Positions 11,754-22,143 of a DNA stretch of 64,000 nucleotides are shown here, in pieces. A program made the translations under genes and the position numbers. Origin of the DNA: an uncultured Acidobacteriaceae bacterium (lineage in GTDB: Bacteria; Acidobacteriota; Terriglobia; Terriglobales; Acidobacteriaceae); the NCBI GenBank assembly GCA_963796785.1, contig CAWCMW010000006.1, forward strand, positions 46,482 through 110,481, read 5' to 3'. Numbering within the stretch: the stretch's first letter is position 1; every line of letters begins with the position of its first letter. The notes beneath the pieces were generated by a model that worked only from the letters and a program-made list of their open reading frames with translations, had not been told where the DNA came from and made no database searches.

Positions 11754-13091
11754 CTATCGGTTTCGGCGCTGATACTCGCGCTTCAGGGTTGAAATGACCT
11801 TGGAGAAGTCTTCGTCGAAATCCGTTTCCCGCAACTCCATTTCATCGAATTTTCGGAGAGCGTCAACACGGTCTTCCTCAGACAGTACCGCCGTGCGAAC
11901 AGGAATCAGGAACGAGCCTCGCACGCGAAGTGCGCGCTCGCACGCCAGCGCCACTTCCTTGTTCACGTAGCTGTCGGTCTTCTGGCAGAAGGCCGGCGTG
12001 TAAAGCACCAGCACAAAGTCAGAGGCGTCCAGGTCATTCTCGATGCGCTTGTTCCAGTCATCTCCGCCTTGCAGGGACTCCTGATCGAGCCAAGGCTCAA
12101 AGTATGCCTTTTGCAGGGCGTCAAACACTCTCGAGGCCAGCGCCGCATCCTCTCGCGCATAGCTGATGAACACGCGGGGGCGAGGTCCCAGCGGCATCGC
12201 TTGCCCCACAAACCCGCCGTCGGCCTCCAGTCGTTGCGAAAGCTTGGTCAGAAAATCCCCAACGTCATCGTCTTCCAGTTCCACACGCGTGCCGCGCTGG
12301 TAAAACAGAATCATCTCGTCGCGATCCGATTGGATCAGGCCGTCAAGTGGCTCGGCCGCGATCGCCGGGCCGCTGCGATTGAGCTCCAGTGCGCGCAGCA
12401 AAATCTTGAGAAGAATGCGAAGGTCCCAGTGCTTGATTCCGAAACCGACGAACAGAAAACTCTGGCCAACTCGCTTGAGAACACGCAGCAGGCTATTGGG
12501 AAGTGGCGGCCGTTCAGAAACGACCCTGATCAAAAAGTCGAGAACGTCATTCTCGCTGAGCACGAGCGACGATGGCTCTTCGGCGCTGCCGAACAGATGG
12601 AATACCACGGGCGAAGCCGGAGTACCGGGCAACACAAACTCGGGATTCTCCCTTTTGTCGCCGCGCAAATGATAACGGTGCGAGATCGGCGTCTTACCCG
12701 CCGCCTTCAGCGCCTGCTCCAGCATGGCGTCCTGGCCGGTGGTCACAATGAGCGAAAACGGAAGCGCCGCCAACTGCTCGTGCACCGTGGAGGGACTGTA
12801 CTGGCGCGACGCCAGGACCATCTCCGCAGTGGCGCGGAGAGTGGTCGGCCCGAATCCTTCTGTGTCTTCGTATTGCTGGGCGAGTGCCGCCAGGGTATTC
12901 CCGCTGGGGGAACGGTCATCCTCTTCGAGCTCGTGGGCCAGGCGCAGCCGCAGTTCCTCAGCCAGCGTGTTGCCACTCTTCGATCCGTTCGTCGTAGAAG
13001 ACGACTTGACGGGAATCTCGGAGCCAAGCATGAGGACGCAGTTGCCATGCCGGAGAGAACCAACCAGGTTATTCCAGTGCCGCTCTTTCAC
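11754..13091 (-). CDS. SIR2-like (SIR2_2) plus TIR (TIR_2) fusion protein
   Basis: N-terminal CVLMLGSE, IVTTGQD, VFHLFGS, SLVLSENDVLDF, FLFVGFG; C-terminal VFISYAREDA, WLD, DFVLVLYT, SYVNKEV; GTG start with GGAGG SD. Confidence 0.85.
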   Translation of the reverse strand: MKERHWNNLVGSLRHGNCVLMLGSEIPVKSSSTTNGSKSGNTLAEELRLRLAHELEEDDRSPSGNTLAALAQQYEDTEGFGPTTLRATAEMVLASRQYSPSTVHEQLAALPFSLIVTTGQDAMLEQALKAAGKTPISHRYHLRGDKRENPEFVLPGTPASPVVFHLFGSAEEPSSLVLSENDVLDFLIRVVSERPPLPNSLLRVLKRVGQSFLFVGFGIKHWDLRILLKILLRALELNRSGPAIAAEPLDGLIQSDRDEMILFYQRGTRVELEDDDVGDFLTKLSQRLEADGGFVGQAMPLGPRPRVFISYAREDAALASRVFDALQKAYFEPWLDQESLQGGDDWNKRIENDLDASDFVLVLYTPAFCQKTDSYVNKEVALACERALRVRGSFLIPVRTAVLSEEDRVDALRKFDEMELRETDFDEDFSKVISTLKREYQRRNR

Positions 13092-13367
13092 TCGTCCTCC
13101 ACCGGCGACTTGGCAACATCGGTGCTGAATCCAGGGTCTCAATCAGGAGCACTGCCAAAACTCCGGCGGCTGCGCTACTCATAGGACGTTCGAATGCTCT
13201 GCGGGGACGCTGGTTTCAACCGGGGATTCCATTCTAACCCGCAGGAGCGGCTTAATCTACAGCAGCATTCTCGTCGCCGTAAGGTTTCTCCGGTCCGGAC
13301 GAGCGCCGCGGCAGGGACCCGAGGTTAGCTCGGATCCCGCGCCCGGCGCTCACTGGAATGTGTCCGT

Positions 13368-16300
13368 TCAGAAAGTCAGTTTGAGAGCCAGTTGAATCAG
13401 TCGAGGATTGTTTACCGTCGAATTCACGCCGCCGAATCCAGCCGCGTTGACATCGTTCACCGGGCTGCCGAACTCCGGATGATTGAAGAGGTTGAAGAAC
13501 TCGGCGCGGAAATTCAAACCCGTCTCTTTGCCCGGCAACGCGATCTGCTTGACCAAAGAGAAATCCGTGTTGATGAAGTCGGGACCGATGGCCGGGACAC
13601 GCGACGCATTGCCCAACTTGCCAGGGGCGGCCGCGGGGAAGCAGGCAGCGTTGATCCACTGATGCTGGCCGTGGTTTGCCTTGTTGGGGTCGCAGCCGGA
13701 GAGTTGATCGGGCCGATTGAAATTGTTGTCGTTGCCGCCGGCATTGAAGGTCGTGCCCGACTCGTTAAAGCTGTTGATCAATGGAACCGGGAACCCCGAC
13801 GAGACTCTCTCGATCAGAGTGAATTGGATGCCGCCGAAAATGGCGTTGGTGGTGTCATTCCAACTGCTGCCGAACTGCTTTCCGTGGCCGAATGGCAAGT
13901 CGTAAATCACGCTGCCGGTGAAGCTGTTATCAAGATTGATCTGCGACAAGGCCCAATCGAGATTTTGCCAGTTGGGCAGCCCGAAATAGGGGGCGCTCAG
14001 CTCCGAGCCCAGGCCGTCGGAGAGGCCGTTGTCGTAGGTGCGCGAATAGGTGTAGGCCAGCAGGGCGTAGAGACCGTTCTTGGCTGTCTTGGTCTCCGCT
14101 TTCACCTGGAACGAGTTGTAATGCGTCTTGCCTGGGTCACCGTAGAGCAAGATCGAGTTGAAGTTCGAAGGAGTGTAGGGATAGGAGAAGGGCGCGCCGC
14201 CGGGCAAACAGCCAATCGTGTAGCCGGCGGTTCCGCATGCCGTGGGGCTATTGACAGTCAGAGCGTTGCCGATCACCGTCAGATGGCCGCCCACCGATCC
14301 GGCGTAGCCCGCGGTGAGCAGAATATTACCGGGCAGTTCGCGTTCGACGTTGGCGTTATATTGGTGGACCCGGCCCGGCTGGAAGTTGGTTGGCTGGTAG
14401 GCGTATGTGCCCACAAAGCTGGACGTATCCTGCGGCGTGGGCAGCGCTGGAAAGCCGGTGGAGAGGGTAAAGTTCAACTCCGGTGTCTCGTCGCCCACGG
14501 TGGCGCAGTATGAAGTTGCAAAGGCGCAGCCGGTTGAAAATGTGGCGGGAAGCTGATCGGATTCGCCGAGGGTTGGCGGATTTTGCCAGAGTCCCTGCGC
14601 GCCCTGGTTCCAGGACGAATCGTGATAGATGCCGAAGCCTACGCGAACCACGGTCTTATCGCTGCCCAGAACTTTCCATGTGGCGCCCACGCGGGGTTCG
14701 TACGCGCCCCAGAACATATTGATGCCCGCCGAGTTGCTCACCCCGTTTTTCCCGGCGATGAGAAGCTTTCCCGTTGAGGGGATGTAGTCCGCCATCCGGT
14801 TATGCACTTCGGTGACGGGCGTCGTCATATCCCAGGCAAGGCCGAGGTTGAGGGTGAGCGACGGGGTAACGCGCCAGTCATCCTCGACGAAGGGCCGGTA
14901 GATCTTCCAGCGGCGGCCGGTGACGGCGCCGCCGTATGTCTGGTCATGAACGCCCAACCCGGTCATTCCCATCAGCAGGTCGGCTTCGGTATTGCCAGGG
15001 GCGCTGCCGACGCCGGTGAAAGCTCCGAAGAGGCCGACGATCCAGAAGCCATCTTGAAATGCTTCGGTGCCGACATTCATTTGATTCGCGCGTAGATCGA
15101 TGCCTGCGTGAATTTCATGTTTGCCGCGGATCAGGTCGAGATCGTCCTTGAAGGAGTAGATGTCGGTTCCACCCTGAAACGGAGCGTAGCCGCGATCGCC
15201 GAGAGACCAATAGCCTAGAACCTCAGTCGAGACCAGGCCTTGACTATAGGAACCACCGGCGGCCGGTGTACCGCCGGACGAGCAGCCCAGGTTGGCATTG
15301 GGAATTCCCAGCTTGGCCGATGCGCAGGTGAAGTTGTCCTGCGAGGCAATGTAGTCAAAGATGCGGTCGTATCCAAGTGTGGCCAGATTGAGCGTATTGG
15401 GCGAGAAGACGTGGGTTTCGCCGATGGCGGCATTGCGCGCGTGGTTGGTGAGTGTCTCATTGCTGCCGAACGCATTGCCTTCGGCGAGGGACGGCGCAGG
15501 CGCGCCGCCCGGCGCGTAGACCCGCGCTTGATCGTAGCTGAATCGAGCGAAGGCATTGTCGCTGGCGGTAAACGTCTGATCGAGGCGGACGTCGAACTTG
15601 GTTTCGTTCAGGGCGCGGACCGGTTCGGTGACGAAGTTATAGCTTGCGCCGGCGACTCCGGCATTCGCGTCAGGCGCGGGATAGAAGCCGATCATGCCCT
15701 TTCCGACGCTATCAATGAGGTTCGATGGGATCTTGTTGCAGTTAGCCCCCTGGGGCTGGCTTCCGTCGGCATTGGCAGCCAAAGGCGCGCCCGTGGAGGC
15801 ATTGCACTGAAAGTAGACATTGGGAAAGGCGGCCGGGTCAGAAGATGCGCCCACCATATTCGGGTTGGCAATTTCCGGGACGAAGGTAGAGCCGATTCCG
15901 GAGAGCGTGTTGCCGAAAGGATCGGCAGAAAAATCGCCGCCGCGCATGGCCAGCGAGGGAACCAGACCGGTGAAGACGATTCCCCGGCGCTGATACTTCT
16001 GCTCGCCATCGACGAAGAAGAAGGTCTTGTTTTTGCGAATGGGGCCGCCGACGGAGCCGCCAAACTGGTTCAGGTTGAACTTCGCGGTTGACGTGGCGAA
16101 ATCTTCCCTGGCGTCGAAGGCGGTGTTCCGGACGAACTCGAACAGCGATCCATGGAGGTCGTTCGATCCCGATTTCGTGGTGACCAGAACGGTCGGTCCG
16201 GCCCGTGTGCCGTATTCGGCGGAGTAGGTGTAGGTGAAGACCTTGAACTCCTGAATGTCGTCGATCGACGAGAAAATGCCGATGCCGCCGGCCGTGAGCT

Positions 16301-16994
16301 CATTGTTGTCGACGCCGTCCAGCAGCCAGTCCGTGCTGTTGGGGCGCGATCCGCCCACAGATAGCGAGTACGAGCCGCGGGCCGACACTTCGCTGTCGGT
16401 GCCCCCGTTGAAAAAGCTGCCGGTACTGGTCTCCGCGGTCGCGCCGGCGGTGAGCGTGGCGAGCTGCACGAAGTCGCGGCCATTCAACGGCAGTTGCGAA
16501 ACTTCCTGCGAAGTGATGACCTGACCGAGTGATGGATTGGTGGTCTCGACTGCGACGGCCTCGCCGGAGACTTCCACAGTAGTGGTTACACTGGCAGGCA
16601 CGAGCGCGAAATCAAGCTCGCGAGCCTCATCGACCTGCAGACGCAGGTCTTTTGACACGGCGCTTTGAAAGCCGGTCGCATCGACTTTGATGTCGTAGGT
16701 TCCGACCGGGAGCAGCGGGAGCAGATAGTGCCCAGAGCTGTCGGTCTTCGTGTCTCGCACAAGGCCGGTCGCCTGAGAGGTGACTGCAACCGATGCGCCG
16801 GGGATCGCAGACCCGGACTTATCGTCGACATTGCCGGAGAAGCTGCCGGTGGCCTGGCCACGCAACGCAGGAGAGATCGCGAGTGTGATTGCGCAGAGAA
16901 GGGTGAGAACAAGTGTCTTGAGAGGATTTGTCCTGGCCAAAGAATTCATCGATCTGAAACAATGTGCGCCGAGCAAAGTGCTTTTCATTTTCAA
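13368..16994 (-). CDS. TonB-dependent receptor with N-terminal carboxypeptidase-regulatory-like domain (Oar-like)
   Basis: LPLNGRDFVQLATL, LDGVDNNE, IQEFKV, TKSGSN..HGSLFEF, FRAEFFNLFNHP, C-terminal PRLIQLALKLTF. Confidence 0.95.
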   Translation of the reverse strand: MKMKSTLLGAHCFRSMNSLARTNPLKTLVLTLLCAITLAISPALRGQATGSFSGNVDDKSGSAIPGASVAVTSQATGLVRDTKTDSSGHYLLPLLPVGTYDIKVDATGFQSAVSKDLRLQVDEARELDFALVPASVTTTVEVSGEAVAVETTNPSLGQVITSQEVSQLPLNGRDFVQLATLTAGATAETSTGSFFNGGTDSEVSARGSYSLSVGGSRPNSTDWLLDGVDNNELTAGGIGIFSSIDDIQEFKVFTYTYSAEYGTRAGPTVLVTTKSGSNDLHGSLFEFVRNTAFDAREDFATSTAKFNLNQFGGSVGGPIRKNKTFFFVDGEQKYQRRGIVFTGLVPSLAMRGGDFSADPFGNTLSGIGSTFVPEIANPNMVGASSDPAAFPNVYFQCNASTGAPLAANADGSQPQGANCNKIPSNLIDSVGKGMIGFYPAPDANAGVAGASYNFVTEPVRALNETKFDVRLDQTFTASDNAFARFSYDQARVYAPGGAPAPSLAEGNAFGSNETLTNHARNAAIGETHVFSPNTLNLATLGYDRIFDYIASQDNFTCASAKLGIPNANLGCSSGGTPAAGGSYSQGLVSTEVLGYWSLGDRGYAPFQGGTDIYSFKDDLDLIRGKHEIHAGIDLRANQMNVGTEAFQDGFWIVGLFGAFTGVGSAPGNTEADLLMGMTGLGVHDQTYGGAVTGRRWKIYRPFVEDDWRVTPSLTLNLGLAWDMTTPVTEVHNRMADYIPSTGKLLIAGKNGVSNSAGINMFWGAYEPRVGATWKVLGSDKTVVRVGFGIYHDSSWNQGAQGLWQNPPTLGESDQLPATFSTGCAFATSYCATVGDETPELNFTLSTGFPALPTPQDTSSFVGTYAYQPTNFQPGRVHQYNANVERELPGNILLTAGYAGSVGGHLTVIGNALTVNSPTACGTAGYTIGCLPGGAPFSYPYTPSNFNSILLYGDPGKTHYNSFQVKAETKTAKNGLYALLAYTYSRTYDNGLSDGLGSELSAPYFGLPNWQNLDWALSQINLDNSFTGSVIYDLPFGHGKQFGSSWNDTTNAIFGGIQFTLIERVSSGFPVPLINSFNESGTTFNAGGNDNNFNRPDQLSGCDPNKANHGQHQWINAACFPAAAPGKLGNASRVPAIGPDFINTDFSLVKQIALPGKETGLNFRAEFFNLFNHPEFGSPVNDVNAAGFGGVNSTVNNPRLIQLALKLTF

Positions 16995-17462
16995 ACCCCT
17001 TTCGGATGAGGTGGTCGTGTACCGGAAGCGCCTTACAGGCGCTGGGCCTTGTGAAAAACGTGCAGTAAGTTTTTAGTCGTATGAGGAAGAATTGTTTCAC
17101 CAGTCCCGCTGTGTGAGAACGATCGGTCACAGTCAGTGGACGGTGAGGCCCTTGTCTTCTCCCTCGTAATGGGAAGGAATGCAGCGAAGCTTGCGAGAAC
17201 GTGCAATGAACCGCAGAGGGAGGACTCTCGGTGATTAGACTGTATGAATTTGCCGCTTAAAAGTCAACGCAAGTTCTGCTCAACTGGATGTTAATCGCAG
17301 CCAGCCGCACTGGACGGCGTCGCGCTGAAACGTGCTCATGTGCGCCGTTCCGCCAGCTCTGGAGAATAGCCAGGATACGCCCATCTATAATGAGCGCTGG
17401 AAAGAACGAGCCATGGAAAGGCGCATCTCGCGATAACGAGGGCGAAGAGGTCAACAAAAATC

Positions 17463-18212
17463 ATGGGAGATTTGCAGGGAAGAATTGCCCTCGTAACAGG
17501 CGGAGCGCAGGGAATCGGCCGCGCGATTGCCGAAGAGCTGGCCGCGGCCGGTGCCACGCTTGCGCTGGCGGATGTGAACGAGGCCAAGCTGGCCGAGACG
17601 GTGGCCGAGCTAACGGCCAAGGGGATCGATGCGACGGCGTTCACCGTGAACGTGTCGAGCCAGGAATCAATTGAAGCCGGTGCGAAGGCGATCCTGGAGA
17701 AGTTCGGCAAGGTGGAGATCCTTGTCAACAACGCCGGAATCACGCGCGACAATTTGATGCTGCGCATGAAGCGCGCGGACTGGGATTTGGTGTTGAGCAT
17801 CAACCTGACGGGAGCGTTCCTGCTTACGCAGGCGCTGCTGAGCCCGATGCTGAAGAACCGCTGGGGAAGGATTGTCGGAATTGCCAGCGTCGTGGGACGC
17901 GCGGGGCAGGCGGGACAGGTGAACTACGCCGCGTCAAAGGCCGGGCTGATCGGATTTACCCGTTCGCTGGCGCGCGAAGTCGCGTCGCGCGGCATTACGG
18001 TGAACGCCGTCGCGCCGGGTTTTATTGAGACACCCATGACGGCAGTGCTGAGCGAGGAACAGACCAAGGCGATGCTGGCGACGATTCCGCTGGGGCGTCG
18101 GGGCACTCCGAAGGACGTCGCGCAGGCGGTGAAGTTTCTGGCCTCGGATGCGGCGTCGTACATCACCGGACACGTGATCGACGTGAACGGCGGAATGTAC
18201 ATGGGCGGGTGA
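17463..18212 (+). CDS. fabG: 3-oxoacyl-ACP reductase
   Basis: TGGAQGIG, NNAGITRDNL.LRMK, GQVNYAASKAG, VNAVAPGFI. Confidence 0.9.
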   Translation: MGDLQGRIALVTGGAQGIGRAIAEELAAAGATLALADVNEAKLAETVAELTAKGIDATAFTVNVSSQESIEAGAKAILEKFGKVEILVNNAGITRDNLMLRMKRADWDLVLSINLTGAFLLTQALLSPMLKNRWGRIVGIASVVGRAGQAGQVNYAASKAGLIGFTRSLAREVASRGITVNAVAPGFIETPMTAVLSEEQTKAMLATIPLGRRGTPKDVAQAVKFLASDAASYITGHVIDVNGGMYMGG

Positions 18213-18317
18213 GAAATGCAGGGCAGTCCAGCTTCCAATCCCCCAAAGTAATCAAAATGCTTAAAGTTCTGCCGCCAACCTGCCGATAAACGGGCGGGAA
18301 GGTTCGCATGGCGGCAC

Positions 18318-19585
18318 GTGCGGAAGCAGCGGATCCAGTCGAAGCGTCCGATCAATCAGTGTGCTCGGCGCACGCCGGTGGCAGGAGTGCGTTACGTGGC
18401 GCGGCAGCCGATCCTGGACCTGCGCGGCAAGGTGCACGGCTACGAATTGCTTTTCCGGAACGGCCCCGAGGCCATGTTTCGCGGCGATGGCGACATGGCC
18501 ACTCGCACCATGCTCGACAGCACAGTGCTGTTCGGGCTGGGACGGCTGACAGCGGGGCTGCCGGCATTTGTAAACTGCACCGAAGAATCGTTGACGCGCG
18601 ACCTGGTTCATGTGCTGCCCTCCGGCATGACTGTCCTGGAGATCCTGGAAGACATCGAGCCTTCGCCTCCGGTGATCAGGCGTGCCGCCGACTGAAGGCA
18701 TCGGGATTCCGGCTGGCGCTCGACGATTTTGTCTGGCGGCCTGGAATCGAACCTTTGGTTGAGATTGCCGATTACATCAAGGTTGATTTTTGCGTCACGG
18801 ATCGCCAGGAGCGGCGCGGGCTCCTGGACCGGCTAAGCGGCGTAACGGTGGCGCTGGTCGCGGAAAAAGTCGAAACGCAAGAGCAGGTGAGCCACGCGCG
18901 TGAAGAAGGCTTTACCCTGCTCCAGGGCTATTACTTCTGCCGGCCGGTGCTGATGGAAAACCGCAAGATTCCAGCCAACCGGCTCTCTCACGTCGCAATT
19001 CTGCGGCTGATGGAGAGCGAGAACATGGACCTGCACGATCTGACTCGGCAAGTAGAGCGAGACACTTCGCTCACTTACCGCCTGCTGCGGCTGATCAACT
19101 CGCCGGCATGCGCCATGCAGCAGGAAGTGCGCAGCATACAGGCAGCGCTGATCGCTGTTGGCGAGGAGACATTCCGGCGCATGGCCACATTGGCCATCAC
19201 CAGCGAATTGAATGCGGGACAACCGGCGGAGCTGTTGCGCATGGCATTTGTGCGCGGGCGATTCTGCGAGCTGGCGGCATTGTTTGCCGGGCTGGACCAC
19301 ACCGAGCAGTATCTCCTGGGCCTGCTGAGCCTGCTTCCGGCAATGCTGCGAACGCCCATGACGGAACTGGCGCCGACGCTGCCGCTGCGCGATGAGATTC
19401 GCCGGGCCCTTCTGGGCGAGAAGATTCCGGAACGCAGCCTCCTGTGCTGGCTTGAAGGACACGAGCGCGGCAAATGGGAACTGTGCGACCTGATCGCGGA
19501 ACGGCGGGAGTTGCGGCAGGAGGACCTGTTCCAGTGCTATGAGGAAGCCTTGGGATGGGCTGAGGCTGTTCTGCAATTCTCATGA
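18318..19585 (+). CDS. EAL-HDOD domain protein (YuxH-like), copy 1; frameshift near 18690
   Basis: VARQPILD..GYELLFR, VLEILE, LALDDF, LVAEKVET, QGYYF, then HDOD (DTSLTYRLLRLINS..RGRFCE). Confidence 0.88.
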
Positions 19586-19667
19586 CAATCGGGCGGCCGC
19601 GCCGAGATTCGACGGCCTCTTCAAGTCCACCACCAGCAGTGCCGATAGGCACTTCGGAGGGCCAACT

Positions 19668-20930
19668 GTGGCAACGGACATGCTTCCCGCGCAATGCGCA
19701 GAAAGCTCAATGGCGGAGCCGGGCGACGGCGTGCGCTATGTGACGCGGCAGCCGATCCTGGACCTGCGCAGCAAAGTGCATGCCTATGAATTGCTGTTCT
19801 CGAGCGGGCCGGGCAATGCGCCCAGCGGCGATCGAGAGGCGGCTGCGCGAGCCATGTTGGACAGTACGGTCCTCATCGGCCTCGAGAAGCTGACCTGCGG
19901 ACTGCCAGGATTCGTGAAATGCACGGCGGAGATGCTGACCGGATCGCTGGTTGAGATGCTGCCGGCGGCAATGACCGTGCTGGAAATCGTGGACGCAGCC
20001 AATGGTCCACCGGAGCTGCTGGACGCCTGCCGAAGCCGGAAGGCAGCGGGGTACCGGCTGGCGCTGGACCAATCAATTTGGGATCCGCGCGCCAAGCCTT
20101 TCGCGAAGATCGTCGACTACCTGAAGGTGGATTTTCTGCGCACCAATCCTCGCGAGCGGCAAACGCTGCGCGGACAGGTTGGCGACACCACAGCAGCCCT
20201 GGTGGCGGAGAAGGTGGAGACGCAGGAACAGTTTCGCGCGGCGCGGGATGAGGGATTTGCACTCGTGCAGGGCTACTACTTTTGCCGGCCGGTGGTCCTC
20301 GGAAGCAGACAGGTGCCGGCCAACCGGCTGTCGCAACTGGAAATTCTGCGGCTGCTGAAGGACGACTCGCTGAATCTGCATAAGCTCACGCAATTGGTGA
20401 AGCGCGATGCTTCGCTCACTTATCGACTGCTCAAGCTGATCAACTCTCCGGTGTGCGCCATGCCGCAGGAGGTACATAGCGTGCAGGCGGCGCTGCTGGC
20501 GGTGGGCGAGGAGACGTTCCGGCGCATGGCCACGGTGGCCATTACTAGCGAGATGAACGTCGGCCAGACGCCGGAGTTGCTGCGCATGGCTTTTGTGCGC
20601 GGGCGATTCTGCGAGCTGGCCGCGCGAGCAAGCGGGCTGGACGCCACCGAACAGTACCTGTTGGGACTGCTGAGCCTGCTGCCGGCAATGCTGAGAGCGC
20701 CGATGAAGGACCTGGCGCCAACGATGCCTTTGCGCGAGGAAATCCGGCGGGCGCTGATGGGCGAGGAGATCTACGAGCGGTGCCTGCTCCACTGGATCGA
20801 GCGCTACGAGTTGGGCGACTGGGCAGGATGCGGCGAGATTGCAACCGCGCGGGCATTGAACGAAAACGGATTGCTGTGCAGCTACCAGGAGGCCGTGGCC
20901 TGGACGGAAGCCGCGTTGTATTTTGCCTGA
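19668..20930 (+). CDS. EAL-HDOD domain protein (YuxH-like), copy 2
   Basis: RQPILD..YELLFS, LALDQS, AEKVET, QGYYF, HDOD; GTG start after GGAGG. Confidence 0.9.
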   Translation: MATDMLPAQCAESSMAEPGDGVRYVTRQPILDLRSKVHAYELLFSSGPGNAPSGDREAAARAMLDSTVLIGLEKLTCGLPGFVKCTAEMLTGSLVEMLPAAMTVLEIVDAANGPPELLDACRSRKAAGYRLALDQSIWDPRAKPFAKIVDYLKVDFLRTNPRERQTLRGQVGDTTAALVAEKVETQEQFRAARDEGFALVQGYYFCRPVVLGSRQVPANRLSQLEILRLLKDDSLNLHKLTQLVKRDASLTYRLLKLINSPVCAMPQEVHSVQAALLAVGEETFRRMATVAITSEMNVGQTPELLRMAFVRGRFCELAARASGLDATEQYLLGLLSLLPAMLRAPMKDLAPTMPLREEIRRALMGEEIYERCLLHWIERYELGDWAGCGEIATARALNENGLLCSYQEAVAWTEAALYFA

Positions 20931-21062
20931 GCTCTTTGGCGGCTGCAGCGCCTAAGCAGCCGGCTTCGATCAGACTCTTGACGGTTGAACTGCGCACAGC
21001 GCCGAGTCGAGCGCCGATATAGAATCCCTGCGAGTCGTTAACCTGACCCTCGGAGGGATCCA

Positions 21063-22065
21063 ATGAGCGAAACCGGCCTTCCTGCTCCATCCTTTTCATC
21101 TGTTCCGCCGTCCTCACCACGCGGACCGATGACCTTCGGACAAATTCTGGATCGCGTTCTGCAACTCATGCGGACAAACTGGCGGCTATTCGTCAGGATC
21201 GCCCTGGCGCCTGGCGCTGGCCTCATTGTCTACTTCGGGATTATCTTTGCCGCTCTCTTCCCGGTGCTGAAACTGGTCATGCTGCATCAGACGGTGGGTT
21301 TTTCGCCGACGAAAATCGCATCGTTAGCCGCGCCATTATGCGTGGCCTAGCATTCTCGGCATCACGCTGTTGGTTGTGATTTATGCGCTCTACGAGCCCG
21401 CGGGGGTTTACGCCGCGCTCCAGGCAAATACCGGAACGCAGGTGACATTCCGAAAGGCGTGGGCGGTGGCGTGGAGCAATGCCGGGCGCTACATCTGGCT
21501 CGCGATCCTGCGCGCGCTGATCGTCATGTTTCCGATCCTGATAATCGGTGCACTGATTGTTGGGTCGGTCGGGCTCACAATGGCGCATGGACCGGGCGGC
21601 ATGGATCCTTCACTGATGATGGTGATCGTTCCGCTTTTCATGCTGCTCTACCTCGGATGGCTCGTCTACACCGTGCTGATCATGCTGCGGCTGGTGCTGG
21701 CGGTACCGGCGAGCGTGTCCGAAGATTTAAGCGCCTGGCAGAGTTTGCGACGGAGCAATGATCTGACCAACGACGCCAAGGGACGCATCTTTCTGCTGGG
21801 GCTGTTGATCTATGCCATCGCGTACGCCGTATTTCTTGTAGTTGAAGTGGTGATCTTCTTTCTGGTTGCAATGGCCGGCCTGGTGGGAATGATGCTGCAT
21901 CTGGCCATGGCTCCATGGGGCTACGTCGGCATCGGCATTGGGGCGACCGTGTTCGCGTGCGCATATTTTGTTTGGATTGCCGCTGTCGCCTCGGCGTACT
22001 GCACTTTATTTGCGGTTGTGTACCAGGATCAGCGGCTGCGGCTGGGCGGGGCCGCAACTCCGTAG
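21063..22065 (+). CDS. Polytopic membrane protein (PMTFGQILDR-type family); frameshift near 21345
   Basis: ORFs 21063-21350 and 21370-22065; PMTFGQILDRVLQL, AWQSLRRSNDLT, VVYQDQRLR. Confidence 0.7.
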
Positions 22066-22143
22066 GCCGGTTGAGGCTGCGCAAAGACGCAAAATGGCTG
22101 CCCTCATGAATCCCCGTGCGCCTCTGCCTCATCTGAGAAAATA

